This document shows positions 1 to 10,900 of a stretch of 64,000 nt of DNA, one piece after another. The notes beneath the pieces are model-generated. The model had not been told where the DNA came from and made no database searches. It saw only the letters and a list, made by a program, of their open reading frames with translations. The translations under genes and the position numbers were made by a program. The stretch is from Auanema rhodensis. Taxonomy: Eukaryota; Animalia; Nematoda. Positions within the stretch are counted from its first letter, which is position 1. Every line of letters starts with the position of its first letter. The stretch is taken from positions 434,001 through 498,000 of the forward strand of contig CAXKVF010000076.1 of NCBI GenBank assembly GCA_964057225.1, written 5' to 3'.

Positions 1-35
1 TTCACGTGAAGCGAGTTACATACCAAGTGCACATC

Positions 36-72
36 ACGTGTACATTTAATTAGCATAAATTAAAGTTCACGT
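36..72. other. Imperfect hairpin/dyad within each monomer (first copy shown)
   Basis: ACGTGTAC-A-TTTAATT-agcata-AATTAAA-GTTCACGT gives 14 Watson-Crick pairs, one bulge, one T-T mismatch and a 6-nt loop. Confidence 0.8.
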
Positions 73-75
73 AAA

Positions 76-159
76 TTTCAAAGTCATGGTTACCATGAAG
101 CAATATCAATAAAAATTTGTTTTTAGACTAATATGGACATGGGGAATCTAATTTTGAAA
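76..159. other. Degenerate 84-bp inverted repeat within each monomer (first copy shown)
   Basis: TTTCAAA(76-82)/TTTGAAA(153-159), CCATG(93-97)/CATGG(138-142) and TAAAAA(110-115)/TTTTTA(120-125) all share one ungapped axis at 117.5. Confidence 0.8.
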
Positions 160-3100
160 ACCGCATCTCTTTATCTTTCACGTGAAGCGAGTTACATACC
201 AAGTGCACATCACGTGTACATTTAATTAGCATGAATTAAAGTTCACGTAAATTTCAAAGTCATGGTTACCATGCACCAATATCAATAAAAATTTGTTTTT
301 AGACTAATATGGACATGGGGAATCTAATTTTGAAAACCGCATCTCTTTATCTTTCACGTGAAGCGAGTTACATACCAAGTGCACATCACGTGTACATTTA
401 ATTAGCATAAATTAAAGTTCACGTAAATTTCAAAGTCATGGTTACCATGCACCAATATCAATAAAAATTTGTTTTTAGACTAATATGGACATGGGGAATC
501 TAATTTTGAAAACCGCATCTCTTTATCTTTCACGTGAAGCGAGTTACATACCAAGTGCACATCACGTGTACATTTAATTAGCATAAATTAAAGTTCACGT
601 AAATTTCAAAGTCATGGTTACCATGCACCAATATCAATAAAAAGTTGTTTTTAGACTAATATGGACATGGGGAATCTAATTTTGAAAACCGCATCTCTTT
701 ATCTTTCACGTGAAGCGAGTTACATACCAAGTGCACATCACGTGTACATTTAATTAGCATAAATTAAAGTTCACGTAAATTTCAAAGTCATGGTTACCAT
801 GCACCAATATCAATAAAAATTTGTTTTTAGACTAATATGGACATGGGGAATCTAATTTTGAAAACCGCATCTCTTTATCTTTCACGTGAGCGAGTTACAT
901 ACCAAGTGCACATCACGTGTACATTTAATTAGCATAAATTAAAGTTCACGTAAATTTCAAAGTCATGGTTACCATGCACCAATATCAATAAAAAGTTGTT
1001 TTTAGACTAATATGGACATGGGGAATCTAATTTTGAAAACCGCATCTCTTTATCTTTCACGTGAAGCGAGTTACATACCAAGTGCACATCACGTGTACAT
1101 TTAATTAGCATAAATTAAAGTTCACGTAAATTTCAAAGTCATGGTTACCATGCACCAATATCAATAAAAATTTGTTTTTAGACTAATATGGACATGGGGA
1201 ATCTAATTTTGAAAACCGCATCTCTTTATCTTTCACGTGAAGCGAGTTACATACCAAGTGCACATCACGTGTACATTTAATTAGCATGAATTAAAGTTCA
1301 CGTAAATTTCAAAGTCATGGTTACCATAAACCAATATCAATAAAAAGTTGTTTTTAGACTAATATGGACATGGGGAATCTAATTTTGAAAACCGCATCTC
1401 TTTATCTTTCACGTGAAGCGAGTTACATACCAAGTGCACATCACGTGTACATTTAATTAGCATAAATTAAAGTTCACGTAAATTTCAAAGTCATGGTTAC
1501 CATGCACCAATATCAATAAAAATTTGTTTTTAGACTAATATGGACATGGGGAATCTAATTTTGAAAACCGCATCTCTTTATCTTTCACGTGAAGCGAGTT
1601 ACATACCAAGTGCACATCACGTGTACATTTAATTAGCATAAATTAAAGTTCACGTAAATTTCAAAGTCATGGTTACCATAAACCAATATCAATAAAAATT
1701 TGTTTTTAAACTAATATGGACATGGGGAATCTAATTTTGAAAACCGCATCTCTTTATCTTTCACGTGAAGCGAGTTACATACCAAGTGCACATCACGTGT
1801 ACATTTAATTAGCATGAATTAAAGTTCACGTAAATTTCAAAGTCATGGTTACCATGCACCAATATCAATAAAAATTTGTTTTTAGACTAATATGGACATG
1901 GGGAATCTAATTTTGAAAACCGCATCTCTTTATCTTTCACGTGAAGCGAGTTACATACCAAGTGCACATCACGTGTACATTTAATTAGCATAAATTAAAG
2001 TTCACGTAAATTTCAAAGTCATGGTTACCATGCACCAATATCAATAAAAATTTGTTTTTAGACTAATATGGACATGGGGAATCTAATTTTGAAAACCGCA
2101 TCTCTTTATCTTTCACGTGAAGCGAGTTACATACCAAGTGCACATCACGTGTACATTTAATTAGCATAAATTAAAGTTCACGTAAATTTCAAAGTCATGG
2201 TTACCATGCACCAATATCAATAAAAATTTGTTTTTAGACTAATATGGACATGGGGAATCTAATTTTGAAAACCGCATCTCTTTATCTTTCACGTGAAGCG
2301 AGTTACATACCAAGTGCACATCACGTGTACATTTAATTAGCATAAATTAAAGTTCACGTAAATTTCAAAGTCATGGTCACCATGCACCAATATCAATAAA
2401 AAGTTGTTTTTAGACTAATATGGACATGGGGAATCTAATTTTGAAAACCGCATCTCTTTATCTTTCACGTGAAGCGAGTTACATACCAAGTGCACATCAC
2501 GTGTACATTTAATTAGCATAAATTAAAGTTCACGTAAATTTCAAAGTCATGGTTACCATGCACCAATATCAATAAAAATTTGTTTTTAGACTAATATGGA
2601 CATGGGGAATCTAATTTTGAAAACCGCATCTCTTTATCTTTCACGTGAAGCGAGTTACATACCAAGTGCACATCACGTGTACATTTAATTAGCATAAATT
2701 AAAGTTCACGTAAATTTCAAAGTCATGGTTACCATAAACCAATATCAATAAAAATTTGTTTTTAAACTAATATGGACATGGGGAATCTAATTTTGAAAAC
2801 CGCATCTCTTTATCTTTCACGTGAAGCGAGTTACATACCAAGTGCACATCACGTGTACATTTAATTAGCATAAATTAAAGTTCACGTAAATTTCAAAGTC
2901 ATGGTTACCATGCACCAATATCAATAAAAATTTGTTTTTAGACTAATATGGACATGGGGAATCTAATTTTGAAAACCGCATCTCTTTATCTTTCACGTGA
3001 AGCGAGTTACATACCAAGTGCACATCACGTGTACATTTAATTAGCATAAATTAAAGTTCACGTAAATTTCAAAGTCATGGTTACCATGCACCAATATCAA

Positions 3101-4751
3101 TAAAAATTTGTTTTTAGACTAATATGGACATGGGGAATCTAATTTTGAAAACCGCATCTCTTTATCTTTCACGTGAAGCGAGTTACATACCAAGTGCACA
3201 TCACGTGTACATTTAATTAGCATAAATTAAAGTTCACGTAAATTTCAAAGTCATGGTTACCATGAAGCAATATCAATAAAAATTTGTTTTTAGACTAATA
3301 TGGACATGGGGAATCTAATTTTGAAAACCGCATCTCTTTATCTTTCACGTGAAGCGAGTTACATACCAAGTGCACATCACGTGTACATTTAATTAGCATA
3401 AATTAAAGTTCACGTAAATTTCAAAGTCATGGTTACCATGAACCAATATCAATCAAAATTTGTTTTTAGACTAATATGGACATGGGGAATCTAATTTTGA
3501 AAACCGCATCTCTTTATCTTTCACGTGAAGCGAGTTACATACCAAGTGCACATCACGTGTACATTTAATTAGCATAAATTAAAGTTCACGTAAATTTCAA
3601 AGTCATGGTTACCATGAAGCAATATCAATAAAAATTTGTTTTTAGACTAATATGGACATGGGGAATCTAATTTTGAAAACCGCATCTCTTTATCTTTCAC
3701 GTGAAGCGAGTTACATACCAAGTGCACATCATGTGTACATTTAATTAGCATAAATTAAAGTTCACGTAAATTTCAAAGTCATGGTTACCATGAACCAATA
3801 TCAATCAAAATTTGTTTTCAGACTAATATGGACATGGGGAATCTAATTTTGAAAACCGCATCTCTTTATCTTTCACGTGAAGCGAGTTACATACCAAGTG
3901 CACATCACGTGTACATTTAATTAGCATAAATTAAAGTTCACGTAAATTTCAAAGTCATGGTTACCATGAAGCAATATCAATAAAAATTTGTTTTTAGACT
4001 AATATGGACATGGGAAATCTAATTTTGAAAACCGCATCTCTTTATCTTTCACGTGAAGCGAGTTACATACCAAGTGCACATCACGTGTACATTTAATTAG
4101 CATGAATTAAAGTTCACGTGAATTTCAAAGTCATGGTTACCATGCACCAATATCAATAAAAATTTGTTTTTAGACTAATATGGACATGTGGAATCTAATT
4201 TTGAAAACCGCATCTCTTTATCTTTCACGTGAAGCGAGTTACATACCAAGTGCACATCACGTGTACATTTAATTAGCATAAATTAAAGTTCACGTAAATT
4301 TCAAAGTCATGGTTACCATGCACCAATATCAATAAAAATTTGTTTTTAGACTAATATGGACATGGGGAATCTAATTTTGAAAACCGCATCTCTTTATCTT
4401 TCACGTGAAGCGAGTTACATACCAAGTGCACATCACGTGTACATTTAATTAGCATAAATTAAAGTTCACGTAAATATCAAAGTCATGGTTACCATGCACC
4501 AATATCAATAAAAAGTTGTTTTTAGACTAATATGGACATGGGGAATCTAATTTTGAAAACCGCTTCTCTTTATCTTTCACGTGAAGCGAGTTACATACCA
4601 AGTGCACATCACGTGTACATTTAATTAGCATAAATTAAAGTTCACGTAAATTTCAAAGTCATGGTTACCATGCACCAATATCAATAAAAATTTGTTTTTA
4701 GACTAATATGGACATGGGGAATCTAATTTTGAAAACCGCATCTCTTTATCT

Positions 4752-7700
4752 TTCACGTGAAGCGAGTTACATACCAAGTGCACATCACGTGTACATTTAA
4801 TTAGCATAAATTAAAGTTCACGTAAATTTCAAAGTCATGGTTACCATGAAGCAATATCAATAAAAATTTGTTTTTAGACTAATATGGACATGGGGAATCT
4901 AATTTTGAAAACCGCATCTCTTTATCTTTTACGTGAACCGAGTTACATACCAAGTGCACATCACGTGTACATTTAATTAGCATAAATTAAAGTTCACGTA
5001 AAATTCAAAGTCATGGTTACCATGCACCAATATCAATAAAAATTTGTTTTTAGACTAATATGGACATGGGGAATCTAATTTTGAAAACCGCATCTCTTTA
5101 TCTTTTACGTGAAGCGAGTTACATACCAAGTGCACATCACGTGTACATTTAATTAGCATAAATTAAAGTTCACGTAAATTTCAAAGTCATGGTTACCATG
5201 AAGCAATATCAATAACAATTCGTTTTTAGACTAATATGGACATGGGGAATCTAATTTTGAAAACCGCATCTCTTTATCTTTCACGTGAAGCGAGTTACAT
5301 ACCAAGTGCACATCACGTGTACATTTAATTAGCATAAATTAAAGTTCACGTAAATTTCAAAGTCATGGTTACCATGCACCAATATCAATAAAAATTTGTT
5401 TTTAGACTAATATGGACATGGGGAATCTAATTTTGAAAACCGCATCTCTTTATCTTTCACGTGAAGCGAGTTACATACCAAGTGCACATCACGTGTACAT
5501 TTAATTAGCATAAATTAAAGTTCACGTAAATTTCAAAGTCATGGTTACCATGCACCAATATCAATAAAAAGTTGTTTTTAGACTAATATGGACATGGGGA
5601 ATCTAATTTTGAAAACCGCATCTCTTTATCTTTCACGTGAAGCGAGTTACATACCAAGTGCACATCACGTGTACATTTAATTAGCATAAATTAAAGTTCA
5701 CGTAAATTTCAAAGTCATGGTTACCATGCACCAATATCAATAAAAATTTGTTTTTAGACTAATATGGACATGGGGAATCTAATTTTGAAAACCGCATCTC
5801 TTTATCTTTCACGTGAAGCGAGTTACATACCAAGTGCACATCACGTGTACATTTAATTAGCATAAATTAAAGTTCACGTAAATTTCAAAGTCATGGTTAC
5901 CATAAACCAATATCAATAAAAATTTGTTTTTAGACTAATATGGACATGGGGAATCTAATTTTGAAAACCGCATCTCTTTATCTTTCACGTGAAGCGAGTT
6001 ACATACCAAGTGCACATCACGTGTACATTTAATTAGCATAAATTAAAGTTCACGTAAATTTCAAAGTCATGGTTACCATGAACCAATATCAATAAAAATT
6101 TGTTTTTAGACTAATATGGACATGGGGAATCTAATTTTGAAAACCGCGTCTCTTTATCTTTCACGTGAAGCGAGTTACATACCAAGTGCACATCACGTGT
6201 ACATTTAATTAGCATAAATTAAAGTTCACGTAAATTTCAAAGTCATGGTTACCATGAACCAATATCAATAAAAATTTGTTTTTAGACTAATATGGAAATG
6301 GGGAATCTAATTTTGAAAACCGCATCTCTTTATCTTTCACGTGAAGCGAGTTACATACCAAGTGCACATCACGTGTACATTTAATTAGCATAAATTAAAG
6401 TTCACGTAAATTTCAAAGTCATGGTTACCATGCACCAATATCAATAAAAATTCGTTTTTAGACTAATATGGACATGGGGAATCTAATTTTGAAAACCGCA
6501 TCTCTTTATCTTTCACGTGAAGCGAGTTACATACCAAGTGCACATCACGTGTACATTTAATTAGCATAAATTAAAGTTCACGTAAATTTCAAAGTCATGG
6601 TTACCATGAAGCAATATCAATAAAAATTTGTTTTTAGACTAATATGGACATGGGGAATCTAATTTTGAAAACCGCATCTCTTTATCTTTTACGTGAACCG
6701 AGTTACATACCAAGTGCACATCACGTGTACATTTAATTAGCATAAATTAAAGTTCACGTAAAATTCAAAGTCATGGTTACCATGCACCAATATCAATAAA
6801 AATTTGTTTTTAGACTAATATGGACATGGGGAATCTAATTTTGAAAACCGCATCTCTTTATCTTTTACGTGAAGCGAGTTACATACCAAGTGCACATCAC
6901 GTGTACATTTAATTAGCATAAATTAAAGTTCACGTAAATTTCAAAGTCATGGTTACCATGAAGCAATATCAATAACAATTCGTTTTTAGACTAATATGGA
7001 CATGGGGAATCTAATTTTGAAAACCGCATCTCTTTATCTTTCACGTGAAGCGAGTTACATACCAAGTGCACATCACGTGTACATTTAATTAGCATAAATT
7101 AAAGTTCACGTAAATTTCAAAGTCATGGTTACCATGCACCAATATCAATAAAAATTTGTTTTTAGACTAATATGGACATGGGGAATCTAATTTTGAAAAC
7201 CGCATCTCTTTATCTTTCACGTGAAGCGAGTTACATACCAAGTGCACATCACGTGTACATTTAATTAGCATAAATTAAAGTTCACGTAAATTTCAAAGTC
7301 ATGGTTACCATGCACCAATATCAATAAAAAGTTGTTTTTAGACTAATATGGACATGGGGAATCTAATTTTGAAAACCGCATCTCTTTATCTTTCACGTGA
7401 AGCGAGTTACATACCAAGTGCACATCACGTGTACATTTAATTAGCATAAATTAAAGTTCACGTAAATTTCAAAGTCATGGTTACCATGCACCAATATCAA
7501 TAAAAATTTGTTTTTAGACTAATATGGACATGGGGAATCTAATTTTGAAAACCGCATCTCTTTATCTTTCACGTGAAGCGAGTTACATACCAAGTGCACA
7601 TCACGTGTACATTTAATTAGCATAAATTAAAGTTCACGTAAATTTCAAAGTCATGGTTACCATAAACCAATATCAATAAAAATTTGTTTTTAGACTAATA

Positions 7701-7919
7701 TGGACATGGGGAATCTAATTTTGAAAACCGCATCTCTTTATCTTTCACGTGAAGCGAGTTACATACCAAGTGCACATCACGTGTACATTTAATTAGCATA
7801 AATTAAAGTTCACGTAAATTTCAAAGTCATGGTTACCATGAACCAATATCAATAAAAATTTGTTTTTAGACTAATATGGACATGGGGAATCTAATTTTGA
7901 AAACCGCATCTCTTTATCT
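4752..7919 (+). repeat. Higher-order repeat with a 10-monomer period (1760 bp)
   Basis: The ordered variant series AAGC, TTTTACGTGAACC, AAAATTC, TTTTACG, AATAACAATTCG, GTTG, CATAAACC starts near 4849/4930 and repeats near 6609/6690 (offset 1760). Confidence 0.88.
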
Positions 7920-10900
7920 TTCACGTGAAGCGAGTTACATACCAAGTGCACATCACGTGTACATTTAATTAGCATAAATTAAAGTTCACGTAAATTTCAA
8001 AGTCATGGTTACCATGAAGCAATATCAATAAAAATTCGTTTTTAGACTAATATGGACATGGGGAATCTAATTTTGAAAACCGCATCTCTTTATCTTTCAC
8101 GTGAAGCGAGTTACATACCAAGTGCACATCACGTGTACATTTAATTAGCATAAATTAAAGTTCACGTAAATTTCAAAGTCATGGTTACCATGAAGCAATA
8201 TCAATAAAAATTTGTTTTTAGACTAATATGGACATGGGGAATCTAATTTTGAAAACCGCGTCTCTTTATCTTTCACGTGAAGCGAGTTACATACCAAGTG
8301 CACATCACGTGTACATTTAATTAGCATAAATTAAAGTTCACGTAAATTTCAAAGTCATGGTTACCATGAACCAATATCAATCAAAATTTGTTTTTAGACT
8401 AATATGGACATGGGGAATCTAATTTTGAAAACCGCATCTCTTTATCTTTCACGTGAAGCGAGTTACATACCAAGTGCACATCACGTGTACATTTAATTAG
8501 CATAAATTAAAGTTCACGTAAATTTCAAAGTCATGGTTACCATGAAGCAATATCAATAAAAATTTGTTTTTAGACTAATATGGACATGGGGAATCTAATT
8601 TTGAAAACCGCATCTCTTTATCTTTCACGTGAAGCGAGTTACATACCAAGTGCACATCACGTGTACATTTAATTAGCATGAATTAAAGTTCACGTAAATT
8701 TCAAAGTCATGGTTACCATGCACCAATATCAATAAAAATTTGTTTTTAGACTAATATGGACATGGGGAATCTAATTTTGAAAACCGCATCTCTTTATCTT
8801 TCACGTGAAGCGAGTTACATACCAAGTGCACATCACGTGTACATTTAATTAGCATAAATTAAAGTTCACGTAAATTTCAAAGTCATGGTTACCATGCACC
8901 AATATCAATAAAAATTTGTTTTTAGACTAATATGGACATGGGGAATCTAATTTTGAAAACCGCATCTCTTTATCTTACACGTGAAGCGAGTTACATACCA
9001 AGTGCACATCACGTGTACATTTAATTAGCATAAATTAAAGTTCACGTAAATTTCAAAGTCATGGTTACCATGCACCAATATCAATAAAAAGTTGTTTTTA
9101 GACTAATATGGACATGGGGAATCTAATTTTGAAAACCGCATCTCTTTATCTTTCACGTGAAGCGAGTTACATACCAAGTGCACATCACGTGTACATTTAA
9201 TTAGCATAAATTAAAGTTCACGTAAATTTCAAAGTCATGGTTACCATGCACCAATATCAATAAAAATTTGTTTTTAGACTAATATGGACATGGGGAATCT
9301 AATTTTGAAAACCGCATCTCTTTATCTTTCACGTGAAGCGAGTTACATACCAAGTGCACATCACGTGTACATTTAATTAGCATAAATTAAAGTTCACGTA
9401 AATTTCAAAGTCATGGTTACCATGCACCAATATCAATAAAAATTTGTTTTTAGACTAATATGGACATGGGGAATCTAATTTTGAAAACCGCATCTCTTTA
9501 TCTTTCACGTGAAGCGAGTTACATACCAAGTGCACATCACGTGTACATTTAATTAGCATAAATTAAAGTTCACGTAAATTTCAAAGTCATGGTTACCATG
9601 CACCAATATCAATAAAAATTTGTTTTTAGACTAATATGGACATGGGGAATCTAATTTTGAAAACCGCATCTCTTTATCTTTCACGTGAAGCGAGTTACAT
9701 ACCAAGTGCACATCACGTGTACATTTAATTAGCATAAATTAAAGTTCACGTAAATTTCAAAGTCATGGTTACCATGCACCAATATCAATAAAAATTTGTT
9801 TTTAGACTAATATGGACATGAGGAATCTAATTTTGAAAACCGCATCTCTTTATCTTTCACGTGAAGCGAGTTACATACCAAGTGCACATCACGTGTACAT
9901 TTAATTAGCATAAATTAAAGTTCACGTAAATTTCAAAGTCATGGTTACCATGCACCAATATCAATAAAAATTTGTTTTTAGACTAATATGGACATGAGGA
10001 ATCTAATTTTGAAAACCGCATCTCTTCATCTTTCACGTGAAGCGAGTTACATACCAAGTGCACATCACGTGTACATTTAATTAGCATAAATTAAAGTTCA
10101 CGTAAATTTCAAAGTCGTGGTTACCATGCACCAATATCAATAAAAATTCGTTTTTAGACTAATATGGACATGGGGAATCTAATTTTGAAAACCGCATCTC
10201 TTTATCTTTCACGTGAAGCGAGTTACATACCAAGTGCACATCACGTGTACATTTAATTAGCATAAATTAAAGTTCACGTAAATTTCAAAGTCATGGTTAC
10301 CATGCACCAATATCAATAAAAATTTGTTTTTAGACTAATATGGACATGGGGAATCTAATTTTGAAAACCGCATCTCTTTATCTTTCACGTGAAGCGAGTT
10401 ACATACCAAGTGCACATCACGTGTACATTTAATTAGCATAAATTAAAGTTCACGTAAATTTCAAAGTCGTGGTTACCATGCACCAATATCAATAAAAATT
10501 CGTTTTTAGACTAATATGGACATGGGGAACCTAAATTTGAAAACCGCATCTCTTTATCTTTCACGTGAAGCGAGTTACATACCAAGTGCACATCACGTGT
10601 ACATTTAATTAGCATAAATTAAAGTTCACGTAAATTTCAAAGTCATGGTTACCATGAACCAATATCAATAAAAATTTGTTTTTAGACTAATATGGACATG
10701 GGGAATCTAATTTTGAAAACCGCATCTCTTTATCTTTCACGTGAAGCGAGTTACATACCAAGTGCACATCACGTGTACATTTAATTAGCATAAATTAAAG
10801 TTCACGTAAATTTCAAAGTCATGGTTACCATGCACCAATATCAATAAAAATTTGTTTTTAGACTAATATGGACATGAGGAATCTAATTTTGAAAACCGCA

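Noticed and set aside
108-113. AATAAA polyadenylation signal followed by a GT/T-rich tract
   Set aside because: This is expected by chance in AT-rich DNA and there is no gene context, though it could matter if the satellite is transcribed.
141-144. G-quadruplex or telomeric motif
   Set aside because: There is only one G-run per 176 bp and no telomeric repeat.
33-160. Yeast point centromere (CDEI-CDEII-CDEIII)
   Set aside because: There is a CDEI-like 8-mer, but the following DNA is not >90% AT, no convincing CDEIII is present, and point centromeres are not tandemly arrayed.
1-176. 5S rRNA, tRNA, snRNA or spliced-leader gene array
   Set aside because: I found no recognisable conserved RNA sequence, cloverleaf or Pol III internal promoter boxes.
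881-890. Singleton 1-bp deletions (~889, ~27750, ~30426) as biological events
   Set aside because: Each occurs once, in or beside a homopolymer, and cannot be told apart from consensus error without reads.
5219-5235. CENP-B box created by the TTCG variant
   Set aside because: The box requires TTCGnnnnAnnCGGG. The sequence reads TTCGTTTTTAGACTA, with no CGGG.
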